The notes: generated by a model not told the origin, from the sequence alone. Positions 18,457 through 30,711 are shown, numbered from the stretch's first letter. The stretch: 64,000 bases of DNA from Longimicrobiales bacterium (GCA_965203485.1 OZ241892.1:3040001-3104000), one strand, 5' to 3'. A program made the numbers and translations.

Positions 18457-19515
18457 GTGCCCATTCGCTCCAGCCGCCGCCCCGGCGCCGCGCCAACCGC
18501 CGACGCCGGCCTCGTCCTCATCGCGCTGATCTGGGGGCTCAACTTCGCCATCGTCAAGGGGGCGCTGGCCGAGATCGAGCCGCTGGCCTTCAACGCGCTC
18601 CGGTTCTTGCTGGCGGGGGCGGCCGTGGCGGCGCTGCTGCGCGTGCAGGGCCGGCGGATGCTGCCTCGGGCGAGGGACTGGGGGAAGGTGATCCTCTTGG
18701 CGCTGGCGGGCCACGTGCTCTTTCAGTTCTGCTTCATCTTCGGGCTGGAGCGGACGCTGGCGGGGAACGCGGCCCTGCTGCTGGCGACCTGTCCGCTCTG
18801 GGTGGTGCTGCTGGGGAGCCTGCTCGGGCGCGAGCGCTTCAGCTTGGCGGTGGCGTGCGGGGCCGCGTGCACCTTCGGAGGCACGGTCTTGCTCGTCGCG
18901 GGAGGAACGGACGCCGTCGGGGGCAGCACGGAGGGCGACCTGCTCATGGTGGGGGCGGCCGTGCTGTGGGCGCTGTACACGATCTTCGGGCGGCGCATGG
19001 TCAAGCGGCACGGCGCGCTCGAGACGACGGCGTGGACGCTGTGGGCGGGGACGCCGTTCGTGGTCGCGGCGGGGTTGCCGGGGCTTGCGCGCACGGAGCT
19101 GGGATCGCTCTCGGCGGCGACTTGGGGCGCGCTCCTTCACGCGGGCGTGCTGGCGGTCGCCGTCGCGTACGCCATCTGGTACCGCTCGGTCGGCGCCATC
19201 GGGCAGAGCCGGACGGCCGTCTACCAGAACCTGGTGCCCGTGTTCGCGCTGCTGGCGGCGTGGGCGTGGCTGGGCGAGACGCCGGGGCGCGTGCAGCTGG
19301 CGGGCGCGGGCGTGATCTTTGCCGGGCTCGTCGTGGCGCGCCGTGGAGGCGGCAGGAGGGCGCGGGGAGACGGGCGGCGGCGCGAGAGCCGGAGCGGGCG
19401 CCGAACTGGGCCTCGATGCAGGAGACGCGGACCCGGGCGCGGAGCGGGCGCGGGCGGGCGCAACCGAAGCGAAGGGCCGGGCGGGCGGGACCTCGGCGGG
19501 GACGCGGGGACGTGA
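18457..19515 (+). CDS. EamA/DMT family transporter (start uncertain)
   Basis: LIWGLNFAIVK, EGDLL, NLVPVFA..AWAWLGE; about 10 hydrophobic helices. Confidence 0.88.
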   Translation: MPIRSSRRPGAAPTADAGLVLIALIWGLNFAIVKGALAEIEPLAFNALRFLLAGAAVAALLRVQGRRMLPRARDWGKVILLALAGHVLFQFCFIFGLERTLAGNAALLLATCPLWVVLLGSLLGRERFSLAVACGAACTFGGTVLLVAGGTDAVGGSTEGDLLMVGAAVLWALYTIFGRRMVKRHGALETTAWTLWAGTPFVVAAGLPGLARTELGSLSAATWGALLHAGVLAVAVAYAIWYRSVGAIGQSRTAVYQNLVPVFALLAAWAWLGETPGRVQLAGAGVIFAGLVVARRGGGRRARGDGRRRESRSGRRTGPRCRRRGPGRGAGAGGRNRSEGPGGRDLGGDAGT

Positions 19516-22500
19516 AGAAGGACGCCATCCGCATTCGCGGCGCCCGCCAGCACAACCTCAAGGGCATCGACCTCGACATTCCGCGCGACTCGCTGGTCGT
19601 GCTGACGGGGCCGTCGGGGTCGGGCAAGTCCACGCTCGCGCTCGACGTGCTCTTCGCGGCGGGCCAGCGGCGCTACATCGAGGCGCTCTCCACCTACGCC
19701 AAGCAGTTCCTCGAGCGGCTGCAGAAGCCGGACGCGGACGCGATCGAAGGACTCTCGCCCGCCGTCGCCATCCAGCAGCGCAGTCCGGTCTCGAGCAACC
19801 GGTCCACCGTCGGCACGGCCACCGAAATCCACGACTACCTGCGTCTGTTGTATGCGCGGGCCGGGCGCGTGTCCTGTCCGCACTGCGGCGCGGAAGTGCG
19901 GCCCGACACCGTTTCGGACGCCGTGGACCGTCTGGCCGCCCTGCCGCCGGGCGCCCGGTTCGTCGTCGCCTTCCCCCTGGCCCGCAGCGCGCGCAGCGAC
20001 CACGACCGGATCGCGCGCAACCTGCTGGCCCTGGGATTCGTGCGCGCGCTGGCGGACGGGGAGGCGGTGCGGCTGTCCGAGGAACGCGCCACCGAGTCCG
20101 GCGGCGTGGAGCGCCGTGACGCGGAGGCCGCGCCCCGCGCACCGCAACCCGCCGCCGCAACCGGCTCCCCCCTCCCCGATCTCGCCGCCGCCAAGGAGGT
20201 CCTCGTCGTCGTGGACCGGATGGCCGTGCCGGCGGACCCGTCCAAGGACTGGCAGGACCGCCTTGCCGACTCGCTCGCCACCTGCTTTCGCGAAGGAGAG
20301 GGCCGGGCCGCGGCGGTGCGCGCGGGGGAGCCCGAGCCGTTCGCGCGATTCTCCGAGCGCTTCGTCTGCGCCGCGCACCCGGAGACGGAGTTCCTGGAGC
20401 CCTCCCCGCGCCTGTTCTCCTTCAACAACCCCTACGGAAGCTGTCCGGCGTGCACCGGCTTCGGCGCGACGCTGGAGTACGATCCGGCGCTCGTGGTGCC
20501 CAACGAGGAATGGTCGATCGAGCAAGGCGCGGTGGACCCCTGGGCCAAGCCCCGCTACGGCCGCGAGCGGGCCGCGCTTCGCCGCTTCGCCGCCGCCGAG
20601 GGCGTCTCGACGCACGTCCCTTGGAAGGAGATGCCCGAGGAGTTTCGCGAAGCCGTGCTGTACGGCAAGGGGCGGTTCAAGGGCGTGATGGGCTTTCTCG
20701 CGGGAAAGGAGCGGCGCCGGTACAAGCAGTACATCCGCGTCTTCCTGCGCCGGTACCAGCGGCCGCGCCCCTGCCGGGCCTGCGAGGGATCGAGGCTGCG
20801 CCCCGAGGCCGGATGGGTGACGGTGGGCGGGTGCGGCATCGCCGAGGCGAGCGCCATGCCGGTGGACCGGTTCGCGGCTTGGCTCGCCGGCTTGGACTTC
20901 AGGCCCGCCGAGGCGCGGATCGCGGCGCCGGTTCTCCGTGAGCTGCGGCGCCGCGCGGCCTTTCTGGCCGACGTTGGCCTCGGATACCTCGCGCTCTCCA
21001 GGCTCGCGCGGACGCTGTCGGGGGGCGAGACGCAACGGATCGCGCTGGCCAACTCGCTCGGCTCCCGGCTGGTCGACACGCTCTACGTGCTGGACGAGCC
21101 CTCGGCCGGACTGCACCCGACCGACATGGCGGCGCTGGTCAGGCAGCTCGAGCGGCTGCGCGACGACGGCAACACGGTGCTGGTCGTGGAGCACGACGCG
21201 GGCGCCGTCAGGGCCGCCGATCACGTCGTCGAACTCGGGCCGGGCGCGGGAGACTCCGGGGGCGAGGTCGTCTTCGAGGGCGCGCCCGCGGTTCTCGAAC
21301 GCGCCGACACGGCCACCGGCCGCCACTTGGCGGGCCGCCGCGGTCCCGCCGAGCGCCTGGAGCTCCGCCAGCCGCTGGACGGCCCCCGGCTGCGGATCGC
21401 GGGCGCGAGCCTGCACAATCTCCGGAACGTGGACGCGGAGTTTCCGGTCGGCGCGTTCTCGGTGGTCACCGGCGTTTCCGGCTCCGGCAAGTCCACGCTC
21501 GTCCACGACGTGCTCCATCGCGCGATCGAGCGCGAACTCGGGGACGGAGAGACCTCGGCGAAGGAGCACCTGGGCGATCCCGTGGGCGCGTACTCGCGGC
21601 TGGAGGGCCTGGAGCGCCTCGACGCGGCCGTGCTGGTCGACCAGAGTCCCATCGGCCGCACTCCCCGCTCCAATCCGGCCACCTACGTCGGGGCGTGGGG
21701 CGAGGTCCGCCGCTTCTTCGCGCGCCAGCCGGCGGCCAAGGCGTCCGGGCTCTCGGCGCGGAGCTTCTCGTTCAACGTGGACGGGGGCCGCTGCCCGGCG
21801 TGCAAGGGCCTGGGGACGGTGGAAGTGGAGATGGTGTTCATGGCCAACGTTCACGTGGAGTGCGAAGCCTGCGGCGGACAGCGGTACCGGCCGGATGTCC
21901 TGGAGGTGAGGGCGCGCGGCCTGAACGTCCGCGACGTGCTGGACCTGACCGTGGACCGGGCCATCCGCTTCTTCGCCCGCGAGCGCGCGCTGGGACGCGT
22001 CCTCTGGCACCTGCGCCAGACCGGGCTGGGCTACTTGCGCCTGGGCCAGCCCGCGACGACCCTGTCGGGCGGCGAGGCGCAACGGCTCAAGATCGCGAGG
22101 GAGATGATCTCGGCGCGCAGGAGGTCGCGTGGCCGGGGAGCGGGCGGAGCAATGGGCGGAAGGGACCGGCGGAACGGCGCGAGAGCCGGAGGCCGGGGCC
22201 GGACGCTCTACATCCTGGACGAGCCCACCACGGGCCTTTCGGGCGAGGAAGTGGAGCTCCTGGTCGGCGTGCTTCGCAAGCTCGTCGAGGCCGGCAACAC
22301 GCTGATCGTCGTCGAGCACGACCTGGACGTGATCATGGCGGCGGACTGGGTGGTGGACATGGGACCCGGCGCTGGGCCCGACGGAGGCCGGGTGGTGGCC
22401 GCCGGGCGTCCCGAAGAGATCGCCGCCGAACCCGACAGCGCCACCGGACGTTGCCTGGCGGCGGCGCTGAAGAGGGCGGCCGGCACGACCCGCGCGGCCG

Positions 22501-22517
22501 CGGCAACCGCACCGTGA
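19512..22517 (+). CDS. uvrA: Excinuclease ABC subunit A
   Basis: [10 protein letters not shown], two Walker A motifs GxSGSGKS, LSGGE twice, zinc fingers; GTG overlaps the EamA stop. Confidence 0.96.
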   Translation: MKKDAIRIRGARQHNLKGIDLDIPRDSLVVLTGPSGSGKSTLALDVLFAAGQRRYIEALSTYAKQFLERLQKPDADAIEGLSPAVAIQQRSPVSSNRSTVGTATEIHDYLRLLYARAGRVSCPHCGAEVRPDTVSDAVDRLAALPPGARFVVAFPLARSARSDHDRIARNLLALGFVRALADGEAVRLSEERATESGGVERRDAEAAPRAPQPAAATGSPLPDLAAAKEVLVVVDRMAVPADPSKDWQDRLADSLATCFREGEGRAAAVRAGEPEPFARFSERFVCAAHPETEFLEPSPRLFSFNNPYGSCPACTGFGATLEYDPALVVPNEEWSIEQGAVDPWAKPRYGRERAALRRFAAAEGVSTHVPWKEMPEEFREAVLYGKGRFKGVMGFLAGKERRRYKQYIRVFLRRYQRPRPCRACEGSRLRPEAGWVTVGGCGIAEASAMPVDRFAAWLAGLDFRPAEARIAAPVLRELRRRAAFLADVGLGYLALSRLARTLSGGETQRIALANSLGSRLVDTLYVLDEPSAGLHPTDMAALVRQLERLRDDGNTVLVVEHDAGAVRAADHVVELGPGAGDSGGEVVFEGAPAVLERADTATGRHLAGRRGPAERLELRQPLDGPRLRIAGASLHNLRNVDAEFPVGAFSVVTGVSGSGKSTLVHDVLHRAIERELGDGETSAKEHLGDPVGAYSRLEGLERLDAAVLVDQSPIGRTPRSNPATYVGAWGEVRRFFARQPAAKASGLSARSFSFNVDGGRCPACKGLGTVEVEMVFMANVHVECEACGGQRYRPDVLEVRARGLNVRDVLDLTVDRAIRFFARERALGRVLWHLRQTGLGYLRLGQPATTLSGGEAQRLKIAREMISARRRSRGRGAGGAMGGRDRRNGARAGGRGRTLYILDEPTTGLSGEEVELLVGVLRKLVEAGNTLIVVEHDLDVIMAADWVVDMGPGAGPDGGRVVAAGRPEEIAAEPDSATGRCLAAALKRAAGTTRAAAATAP

Positions 22518-23644
22518 CGGGAGGCGAGCCCCGGGTCGCGGTCCTCCTCCCGGTTCGGGACGCCGCCTCCACCCTGGGCACCGCCCTGGCGTCCCTCTCC
22601 GCCCAGACGTTGGCCGGCTTCGAGGTCGTGATCGTGGACGACGGATCGCGCGACGACACCGTTTCCGTCGCCCTCGACTGGATCGCGGGATTCGACAGCG
22701 CACCGCAACCGTCCTCGTCGGCCGCCGCCGACACGCCGTCCCGCCGGGCGCGCCTCGTCCGCAATCCCCGCGACGGCCTCGTCCCCGCCCTTCAGCGCGG
22801 CCTGGCCCAAGTGCGCACCGCCTTCGCGGCCCGCATGGACGGCGACGACATCTGCCACCCCCGCCGGCTCGCGGCCCAACTCGCCTATTTGGACGCCCGC
22901 CCGGAACTGGCCGGATGCGGCACGGGCGTGCGCATGGTCCCGGAATCCGCCGTCACCCCGCGAGCCGCCGAGTACGCCGGCTGGCTGAACGGCCTCACGA
23001 GCTGGAGCGCGGTGCGGCGCGACATCTTCGTCGAATGCCCGCTGGCCCATCCCACCTTCATGTTCCGCACGCGCGCGTTGCGGGCCGTGGACGGCTACCG
23101 CGACCAAGGCTGGCCCGAGGACTACGACCTGCTTCTGCGACTCTGGCGCTGCGGCCGCCGCTTCGCGACGCTTCCCGAGACGCTGCTCGACTGGACCGAC
23201 AGCGCGGACCGCACCAGCCGCACCAATCCGGCGTACTCGCTGGACGCGCTCCGCCGTTGCCGGGTCCACCACCTGCGCCGCACCCTGCTCGCCGGGCGGC
23301 CGGGCGTGGTCGTTTGGGGGGCTGGTCCGACCGGCAAGGCGCTCGCCAGGGAGTTTCGCGCGCAGGGCGTCCCGGTGCTCGGCTTCGTCGACGTCGATCC
23401 CCGCAAGATCGGCCAGGAGGTCCACGGCGTGCCCGTGTGGGCGTCCCCTGGTTCGCCGGAGCCGACGGACGCCCCGAAGACGGCCCCGGGGTCCATCCAA
23501 GCCGCGCCGGCGCCGAACGCCGCCGGCTTCGCCGACGCGCTTCACGTTGGGGCGGTGGCGCGCGCCGAGGGCCGCCAAGCCGTCCGCACGGCCGCCGCCA
23601 AAGCGGGCCTCGAAGACGGCCGGAACTTCGTCGCCATGGCCTAG
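22514..23644 (+). CDS. Glycosyltransferase family 2
   Basis: VLLPVRD, VDDGSRD, ARMDGDD, EDYDL; C-terminal Rossmann-like VWGAG. Confidence 0.92.
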   Translation: MTGGEPRVAVLLPVRDAASTLGTALASLSAQTLAGFEVVIVDDGSRDDTVSVALDWIAGFDSAPQPSSSAAADTPSRRARLVRNPRDGLVPALQRGLAQVRTAFAARMDGDDICHPRRLAAQLAYLDARPELAGCGTGVRMVPESAVTPRAAEYAGWLNGLTSWSAVRRDIFVECPLAHPTFMFRTRALRAVDGYRDQGWPEDYDLLLRLWRCGRRFATLPETLLDWTDSADRTSRTNPAYSLDALRRCRVHHLRRTLLAGRPGVVVWGAGPTGKALAREFRAQGVPVLGFVDVDPRKIGQEVHGVPVWASPGSPEPTDAPKTAPGSIQAAPAPNAAGFADALHVGAVARAEGRQAVRTAAAKAGLEDGRNFVAMA

Positions 23645-23826
23645 CGGGCGCCGTCCGGCGGGCTCGGGCCGCCCGCCCGGCATACCGTCCGCGGCAGGGC
23701 CGTCTCCGGTCGCCGATCCGCTATATTGGAAGGGCGTCGCCGTCGCCGCCGCAGGTGCCTTCAGCCCCTGTCCCGGCGCCCTTTCGCGCCGCCCTTCCGC
23801 AGACCTCTCCCGCCGGTGGCCCCACC

Positions 23827-26349
23827 ATGCTCGAAACCGACCAGAGCGGCGCCGGCGAACGAATCCTGGAGCGCGTACTAGAACAGGAGATGCGCGACTC
23901 GTTCATCGACTACTCGATGAGCGTAAACATGCAGCGCGCCCTGCCGGACGTGCGCGACGGCCTCAAGCCCGTCCACCGGCGGATCCTCTACGCCATGTAC
24001 GAGCTGGGCCTCACCCCGGGCCGCGCGTACAAGAAGTGCGCCACCGTCGTCGGCGAAGTCCTGGGAAAGTACCACCCGCACGGCGACTCGGCCGTCTACG
24101 ACGCGCTGGTCCGCATGGTGCAGGACTTCTCGCTGCGCTATCCGCTGGTGGACGGACAGGGCAACTTCGGATCGATCGACGGCGACGCGGCGGCCGCCTA
24201 CCGCTACACCGAAGCCCGCCTGCAACGGCTCACCATCGAACTGCTCGCGGACATAGACAAGGGGACCGTGCCCTTCGAGGAAAACTTCGACGGACGCCTC
24301 GAAGAGCCCACAGTCCTTCCGTCGAAGGCCCCGAACCTGCTCGTCAACGGATCGTCGGGCATCGCCGTGGGAATGGCGACCAACATTCCCCCTCACAACC
24401 TGCGCGAAGTGGTCGCGGCGCTGCTCGCGCTGATCGACGATCCCGAGCTTCCCCAAGAAGAACTCGAGGCGATCGTGCAGGGCCCCGACTTCCCCACCGG
24501 CGGCTACGTCTGCGGCCGCGACGGCATCCGCGAAGCGTATCGAAACGGCCAAGGACGCATAGTCATGCGCGCCAAGGCGGACATCGAGGAAGAGGGCGAC
24601 GGGCCGCCGCGCATCGTGGTCAAGGAAATCCCCTTCATGGTGAACAAGTCGCGGCTCATGGAGCAAATCGCGAGCCTGGTCCGCGACAAGAAGGTCACAG
24701 CCATCCGCGACATGCGCGACGAATCGGACCGCGACGGCCTGCGCATGGTGATCGACCTCAAGCGCGACGCAGTGCCGCAGATCGTCTTGAACCGGTTGTA
24801 CAAGCACACGCAGATGCAATCCACGTTCGGCGCGATATTTCTTGCGCTCGTGGACGGCGTGCCGCGCACGATTTCACTGCGCGCGATGCTGCTGCGCTTC
24901 GTCGAGCATCGTCACCAAGTCGTCGTCAAGCGAAGCGAATTCGACTTGGCCGCCGCGAAGGAGCGCGAGCACGTCCTCGAGGGCTTGCGCATCGCCGTCG
25001 AGAACATCGACGAAGTCGTCAAGATCATTCGCGGCTCCCGCGACTCGGAAGAGGCGTCGGTAAAGCTGCGGGGCGTCTTCGGCCTTTCGGAGCGCCAGGC
25101 CCGCGCCATCCTCGAAATGCGGCTGGCCCGCCTGACCGGACTGGAGATCGAGAAGCTCGACGCCGAGCTGGCCGGCGTGAAGGCCGACATCGCGGAGCTT
25201 CAGCGCATTCTGGGCAGTCGCGACGTCCGCATGGGAATCATCAAGGACGAGCTGCGCGAGATCGATCGGCGCTACGGCGACGACCGGCGCACCGAGGTCG
25301 TCGGGCCAGTGGGATCGTTCGACGTCGAAGACTTGATCGTCGACGAGGAGGTGGTCATCACCATCTCCCGCGAAGGCTACGTCAAGCGCATTCCGCTGGA
25401 CACGTACCGGGCGCAGAGGCGCGGCGGCAGGGGACTCCGAGGGATGAGCACCAGGGCCGAGGACTGGGTGGAGCGGCTGTTCGTGGCGTCCACGCACGAC
25501 TACTTGATGGTCTTCACCGACTGGGGGCGTTGCCACTGGATCAAGGTGTGGGCGATCCCGCAGGGGAGCCGCCAATCGAAGGGCAAGCCGATCGTCAACA
25601 TGCTTCAACTGGGCCGGGGCGAAGGCTTGGCAGCCGTCGAAGCCGTGAGGGAGTTCCGCGACGATCAGTTCCTGTTCTTCTGCACCCAGAACGGCGTGGT
25701 CAAGAAGACCCGGCTGTCGGCGTTCAAGAACGTGCGCGCGGTGGGGATCATCGCGATCAAGATCGCGGAGGATGACAAGCTGATCGACGTGCGTGTGACC
25801 GACGGCGCGAACGAAGTGGTGCTGGGCACGCGCAGAGGCAAGGCGATCCGCTTCTCGGAGCGGGACGCGCGGCCTCGGGGGCGCGTGGCGGGCGGCGTGC
25901 GCGGCATTCGGCTGGACGAGGGGGACGAAGTGGCGGGGATGATCGTGGTGCGCCGCGAGGGGGCCTCGGTGCTGGTCGTGACCGAGCACGGCATGGGCAA
26001 GCGGAGCGACGTGGGCGCGTACCGGCACCAAGGGCGCGGCGGCAAGGGCGTCATCAACCTGAAGCTGTCCGAGAAGACGGGGGCCGTCGTGGCGGTCAAG
26101 TCCGTGATCGACGCGGACCAGCTGATGATGGTCACGCGAAACGGCGTCGTGAACCGGCAGAAGGCGTCGGAGATCCGGGTGATCGGGCGGGCCACGCAGG
26201 GCGTGCGGCTGATGAATCTGGACGAGGGCGACGAGGTCGTGGACGTGGCGCGGCTGATCGGCGAGGAGCGCGCGGACTCCGAGACGGCCGGCGCCCGCGG
26301 AGGCGACGGCGCGAGCGTCCTCGGCGGAGACGACAGCGAGGGCCCGTGA
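23827..26349 (+). CDS. gyrA: DNA gyrase subunit A
   Basis: [31 protein letters not shown], GyrA box QRRGGRG, C-terminal pinwheel repeats. Confidence 0.98.
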   Translation: MLETDQSGAGERILERVLEQEMRDSFIDYSMSVNMQRALPDVRDGLKPVHRRILYAMYELGLTPGRAYKKCATVVGEVLGKYHPHGDSAVYDALVRMVQDFSLRYPLVDGQGNFGSIDGDAAAAYRYTEARLQRLTIELLADIDKGTVPFEENFDGRLEEPTVLPSKAPNLLVNGSSGIAVGMATNIPPHNLREVVAALLALIDDPELPQEELEAIVQGPDFPTGGYVCGRDGIREAYRNGQGRIVMRAKADIEEEGDGPPRIVVKEIPFMVNKSRLMEQIASLVRDKKVTAIRDMRDESDRDGLRMVIDLKRDAVPQIVLNRLYKHTQMQSTFGAIFLALVDGVPRTISLRAMLLRFVEHRHQVVVKRSEFDLAAAKEREHVLEGLRIAVENIDEVVKIIRGSRDSEEASVKLRGVFGLSERQARAILEMRLARLTGLEIEKLDAELAGVKADIAELQRILGSRDVRMGIIKDELREIDRRYGDDRRTEVVGPVGSFDVEDLIVDEEVVITISREGYVKRIPLDTYRAQRRGGRGLRGMSTRAEDWVERLFVASTHDYLMVFTDWGRCHWIKVWAIPQGSRQSKGKPIVNMLQLGRGEGLAAVEAVREFRDDQFLFFCTQNGVVKKTRLSAFKNVRAVGIIAIKIAEDDKLIDVRVTDGANEVVLGTRRGKAIRFSERDARPRGRVAGGVRGIRLDEGDEVAGMIVVRREGASVLVVTEHGMGKRSDVGAYRHQGRGGKGVINLKLSEKTGAVVAVKSVIDADQLMMVTRNGVVNRQKASEIRVIGRATQGVRLMNLDEGDEVVDVARLIGEERADSETAGARGGDGASVLGGDDSEGP

Positions 26350-27377
26350 GCCTCCGTCAACGTGGCCGAAGTCGCCGGCCGTCTTCGCGCGGACGGCTGG
26401 ACCGGACGCTCGCTTCTCTGGACGACGTGCGGGCCGCCGCGGACAGGTTGCGCGGGCTTGTGCACCGGACGCCGTTGGTGCCCGACGAGGGCCTCTCCGC
26501 CGAGACGGGCGCGGACGTGCGGCTCAAGTGCGAGTCGCTGCAACGCACCGGGTCGTTCAAGGCGCGGGGCGCGTGCAACTTCGTGGCCCAGCTGTCGGAC
26601 GCCGAGCTGGCGAGGGGCGTGATCACCTATTCGTCGGGAAACCACGCGCAGGCCGTGGCCTACGCCGCTTCGCTGCGCGGCGCCCGAGCCGTGGTCGTCA
26701 TGCCCACGACGGCCCCCGAGATCAAGACGCAGGGGGCGCGGCGGCTGGGCGCCGAAGTCCAGTTCGCGGGCACCACATCGGAGGAGCGCCGCGTCCGGGC
26801 CGAGGAGATCGCCGCAGCGGAGGGCCTCGTGATCGTTCCGCCGTTCGACCACCCGCGCATCATCGCCGGCCAAGGCACGGTGGCCTTGGAGACCCAAGAG
26901 GACTGGCCCGAGCCGGACTTGTTCCTCGTGCCGGTCGGCGGAGGCGGCTTGGCCTCGGGGTGCGGCGCGGCGTTCGGCGGCTTGGGACCCGCGACGAAGG
27001 TCGTGGGCGTCGAGCCCGAGGGCGCGCCCAGCATGAGACGGGCCCTGGACGCGGGGGCGCCGGTCACGCTGGCCAGCGTGGACACCGTGGCGGACGGCCT
27101 CGCGCCCACCCGCGCCGGCGACCTCACGCACGCCCACGCGGACGCGTTCCTGGACGACGTGGTGCTGGTCGCGGACGACGAGATCCGGAGCGCCGCCGCG
27201 CACCTGGTCCGCCGCCGCAAGCTGGTCGTGGAGCATTCCGGCGCGGCGACCGTGGCCGCGCTCCGGTCTGGGAGGATCGACGTGCGGGGCCGCCGCGTGT
27301 GCGCCGTGCTTTCGGGCGGCAACCTGGACGGCCCGCTCCTGGCGGGCATCGCGGCCGGACAGCCACCATTCAGCTAG
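26346..27377 (+). CDS. PLP-dependent threonine/serine dehydratase (no ACT domain)
   Basis: [33 protein letters not shown]. Confidence 0.92.
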   Translation: MSLRQRGRSRRPSSRGRLDRTLASLDDVRAAADRLRGLVHRTPLVPDEGLSAETGADVRLKCESLQRTGSFKARGACNFVAQLSDAELARGVITYSSGNHAQAVAYAASLRGARAVVVMPTTAPEIKTQGARRLGAEVQFAGTTSEERRVRAEEIAAAEGLVIVPPFDHPRIIAGQGTVALETQEDWPEPDLFLVPVGGGGLASGCGAAFGGLGPATKVVGVEPEGAPSMRRALDAGAPVTLASVDTVADGLAPTRAGDLTHAHADAFLDDVVLVADDEIRSAAAHLVRRRKLVVEHSGAATVAALRSGRIDVRGRRVCAVLSGGNLDGPLLAGIAAGQPPFS

Positions 27378-27466
27378 CAGGAGCCGGACCGCGCCGGGCA
27401 GGGCAGCGGCGCCCCTCGGCGGACTTCGGGCTACACTCGAGTTTGGAAGCGACAAGGAGCTAGACC

Positions 27467-28171
27467 ATGGCAAGGAACAAGAGCGGTGCGGCGGGCATGA
27501 AGAAGTTCTACGGGGCGTTGGGCGCGGTGGCGGTCGCAGGCGCCGTCGCCGTGTGGTACGGCATGAGGGGCGGAGGCGCCGCCGTCGTCGAGCCTGTCGA
27601 GCTGGGCGAGCTGGAAGACCGGGAGATTCTGGATCGAGCGCCCTTCAAGGAGGCCGGCGACGCAGACGCGGCCGTCACGATCATCGAGTTCGGCGACTAC
27701 CAGTGCCCGAGCTGCCGCGTCTTCGCCACGGCCGAAAAGGCCCTGATCGACCTCACCTACGTGGAGACGGGCATCGCCAAGTTCCAGTACCGCGACTTCC
27801 CGCTGGAACAGCACGCCCACGCCTTCCTGGCGGCCCGCGCGTCCTGGTGCGCCGACGACCAGGACCAGTACTGGCCGTACCACGACGCGCTCTTCCGCAC
27901 GCAACGCGAGTGGACCGGGACGGGCAACGCCGTCCGCTTCTTCAGCCGCCTCGCCGGCGAGATCGGGCTCGACTCGCGGGACTTTCGCAGATGCCTGGCC
28001 AGCGACCGCCACGCCGAGGCCGTCACCGCCAGCGTCATGCTGGGCCAGCGCCTGGGGGTCAGAGGCACGCCCACCGTCATCGTCGACCGGGGCGACGGAC
28101 GCTGGATGACGCTGCCCAGCTCCGAATTTCCGCAGATCCAAGCCGTGGTCGAAGGCGCTTCCAGCAACTGA
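27467..28171 (+). CDS. DsbA-family thioredoxin-fold protein
   Basis: EFGDYQCPSC, RDFPL, GTPT; N-terminal membrane anchor. Confidence 0.92.
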   Translation: MARNKSGAAGMKKFYGALGAVAVAGAVAVWYGMRGGGAAVVEPVELGELEDREILDRAPFKEAGDADAAVTIIEFGDYQCPSCRVFATAEKALIDLTYVETGIAKFQYRDFPLEQHAHAFLAARASWCADDQDQYWPYHDALFRTQREWTGTGNAVRFFSRLAGEIGLDSRDFRRCLASDRHAEAVTASVMLGQRLGVRGTPTVIVDRGDGRWMTLPSSEFPQIQAVVEGASSN

Positions 28172-28176
28172 GCGCC

Positions 28177-28620
28177 GTGACTGCGCCGCCGCCCCGCAAC
28201 CGGATGTGGATCGCGGCCCTGTCGCTGATCGGCGCGTTCCTGGCGTTCTACCTCGTCGCGGGCAACCTGGGCTGGACTCCGCCCGTGCAGTGCGGCGTGA
28301 GCGACTGCGGCACGGTGCAGGCGTCGCGCTACGCCTGGGTCGGCCCCGTTCCCGTCTCGGCGATCGGCTTGGCCGGCTACCTGGCGCTGTTCGCGCTGGC
28401 GCTGGCGGGGCTGCAACCCGGTCTTGCGCGGTCGCGTCTAGTCGCCGGACTGCTCTTCGGCGGGGCCTTGGGCGGCGTCCTCTTCAGCGCCTACCTCACC
28501 TATCTTGAAGCTGTCGTCATTCAGGCATGGTGCCAGTACTGCGTCGCCTCGGCCGTTCTGATCACCTTCGTGCTCGTAGCGGCCGTCCCCGAACTCAAGC
28601 GAGCGAAGGCAACAGCATGA
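28177..28620 (+). CDS. Vitamin K epoxide reductase (VKOR) family protein
   Basis: C....C.TV..S.Y loop, WCQYC, hydrophobic helices; follows DsbA. Confidence 0.92.
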   Translation: MTAPPPRNRMWIAALSLIGAFLAFYLVAGNLGWTPPVQCGVSDCGTVQASRYAWVGPVPVSAIGLAGYLALFALALAGLQPGLARSRLVAGLLFGGALGGVLFSAYLTYLEAVVIQAWCQYCVASAVLITFVLVAAVPELKRAKATA

Positions 28621-28814
28621 GCAAAGACCGGATGCGCATCTGCATCACCTACGTCCATGAAGGCAACTTCCGCAGCGAAGTCATCCATTTGCCCGCGGCA
28701 GGCCGGTCCAAGCACGCCACCTTGGCCGACTTCGTCAGCAACGACCCGGCGGTCCAACGAGAGTTCTTCGTCAACTTCGACTACGTATGCTCGCTACAGG
28801 TCCTGCCCGACTAG
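28617..28814 (+). CDS. Small hypothetical protein (65 aa)
   Basis: ATGA overlap with VKOR; host-like codon usage. Confidence 0.65.
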   Translation: MSKDRMRICITYVHEGNFRSEVIHLPAAGRSKHATLADFVSNDPAVQREFFVNFDYVCSLQVLPD

Positions 28815-28876
28815 CGCCGGCAACTTCGCTTTCCGCGCGGTAGGCAACGAGGCGGAGGACAACCGGCTGACGATGA

Positions 28877-30313
28877 CTAGATCGGCCCGTCCTCCCACGG
28901 TCCCCACAGCGCATACGTCGCGCTCGGCGTCGTCTCGGCCGCAGTTCGGCCTCCCTGGACGTTGAAGAACAGGACCCGCCCGTCCGGACTGAAGCAGGCG
29001 CCCGCGAACTCGCCCGGCTGAGGCCCCTCCGGCGCCTTCGGCGACCTGACCAAGTCGAAGATGCGGCCTTCTCGGTCCAGCCCGCGCACGAACTGGTCGT
29101 CCGTCCCGTCCTCGCACATCACTAGGCCGCCCCTGGGGCTCACGACGATGTTGTCCGGGCTGTCGAGCACGTCCTTGGAGGGCGACTCGAACACCAGCTC
29201 GATCTCGCCCGTCCCTTCCGTGCGCTCGCGGTAGTGGAAGACTTGGCCGGCCGTCTGGTCGCCGCCGTTGGTCGAGACGACGTAGATGCCGTCGTCGCCG
29301 TAGAAGGCCCCTTCGAGCCGGGCGAAGCGCGCACCGCCGGCGTCCACCCCCTGCCGGAACACGGCCAGTTGGTCCGCCCCCGCCGACGCGGGATCGGGGT
29401 CGGCAATGTCCACCCAGTGGACGGGCAGCACGCGGCCGGGCTCTTGGCCGCGCGCGGTGAGGTATCCGGGCTCGCCGGTCACCGCCATCATCTGCAGCCG
29501 CCCGCCGCGCGCCAGCACGCCCGGCTCCCGCGGAAGGAACCGGTAGAGGCCGGCGCCCGGCCGGTCGGGACGGTCGGGCACGTACCAGGTGTCCTCGGTC
29601 TCGTACACGACGCCGGTGCCCGGGTCCACCGCGACGGCCTCGTGGATGAAGCGCCCCATCTCGCGCAACGGGACCGGCGCCACCGGGCCGTCGGCGGCCG
29701 ACGGCACCTCGAACACGTATCCATGCGGACGATCGAAGCCGTCGGCGCGCCCCGACGTGATCTCTTCGCAGGACAGCCAGCTGCCCCACGGGGTCGGCCC
29801 TCCCGCGCAGTTGACGCGCGTGCCCGCCAGCGACGCGAATTCGTCGACCAGCGAAACGCGCAGGTCACTGCCGTCTCCTGCAATCGCCACTTCCAGCGAA
29901 GTCGTGCCGCCGCTTCCCTTTGCATCGTAAAAGGGCTCGCCGAACGGACGGGCGTCTTCGGCCTCGTCCACCATCTCGTGGTTCCGAACAAGGCGCACAT
30001 TGCCGTTCGGCAAGGGGAACGCCGCCATCCCGTCGAAAGCGTTGGGCACGTCGAAGCCCGCACGCGCCGCGGAGGGTTGCCCGCCCAAGCTTAGGCGCGC
30101 GCACCGGAAGCCCGCGGGCGTTTCGAGCTCCGGACATGCCGGGCTGGGCCGCAACCGGCCGTAGGGGCGAAACGCATTGCCTTCGGGGCCGCGACCGTCC
30201 GACGACGGGTCGTTGCATGCGGCCAAGCCCGCGAGCGAAGGCGTCAGCACCAGTCCTCCTCCGGCGGAGGCCATCTGCGCGAGGAACTTGCGACGGTCTA
30301 CTTGCGGATTCAT
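28877..30313 (-). CDS. phoX: PhoX-family (DUF839) alkaline phosphatase, Tat-exported
   Basis: DRRKFL Tat motif; DGMAAF, LVRNHE, NCAGG.TPWGSWLSCEE, GRFIHEA, PDN, CEDG, EFAG. Confidence 0.9.
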   Translation of the reverse strand: MNPQVDRRKFLAQMASAGGGLVLTPSLAGLAACNDPSSDGRGPEGNAFRPYGRLRPSPACPELETPAGFRCARLSLGGQPSAARAGFDVPNAFDGMAAFPLPNGNVRLVRNHEMVDEAEDARPFGEPFYDAKGSGGTTSLEVAIAGDGSDLRVSLVDEFASLAGTRVNCAGGPTPWGSWLSCEEITSGRADGFDRPHGYVFEVPSAADGPVAPVPLREMGRFIHEAVAVDPGTGVVYETEDTWYVPDRPDRPGAGLYRFLPREPGVLARGGRLQMMAVTGEPGYLTARGQEPGRVLPVHWVDIADPDPASAGADQLAVFRQGVDAGGARFARLEGAFYGDDGIYVVSTNGGDQTAGQVFHYRERTEGTGEIELVFESPSKDVLDSPDNIVVSPRGGLVMCEDGTDDQFVRGLDREGRIFDLVRSPKAPEGPQPGEFAGACFSPDGRVLFFNVQGGRTAAETTPSATYALWGPWEDGPI

Positions 30314-30506
30314 TTGGCGAGCGGGCTGGGAAGGGAGCGCAAGGAAGAGCGGGGCGTGCCGACCCCTACGACGAAAACTAGCCGGAAGTTGTCCGTTCGG
30401 CGGGTGGACGGCCAGCGCCCGGCACATGAACGCCGCCGACCTCCGGCTTGCCCCAATTCGAGACGCCTGCAGCGGCGGGCCTGCGCAACAGCCGAGTGCG
30501 AGCGGT

Positions 30507-30604
30507 CTGCCATTTTGGCAGGACCGGCGTTCCTACGGGGCTTGCGGTCTGCCATTTTGGCAGAAAAACAGTCAAAATCGGCCCTTTTCCTGCCATTTTG
30601 GCAG
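30507..30604. repeat. Three copies of the palindrome CTGCCA-TTT-TGGCAG (30507, 30549, 30590)
   Basis: Exact 15-mers with period 42/41 bp in the divergent phoX-rpn intergenic region. Confidence 0.9.
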
Positions 30605-30711
30605 GACTCCCGCCACTCAGCAGTCGCCCAGCGGCGTCGTTTCGGATGGCGCGCGACCAAGCCCGCCGACGCCCCGGAACAACGCTCGTCCCGCAACGCC
30701 GGAGCCGCCGC

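Noticed and set aside
24060..24110. Quinolone-resistance change in gyrA
   Set aside because: [10 protein letters not shown] keeps the Ser83 and Asp87 equivalents
19221..27473. Several long antisense or alternate-frame ORFs over uvrA, gyrA and the dehydratase
   Set aside because: Typical high-GC shadow ORFs with biased composition and no motifs
30507..30604. Possible mini-CRISPR array
   Set aside because: Repeats are only 15 bp, there are three copies, and no cas genes or leader; kept as an operator-like repeat
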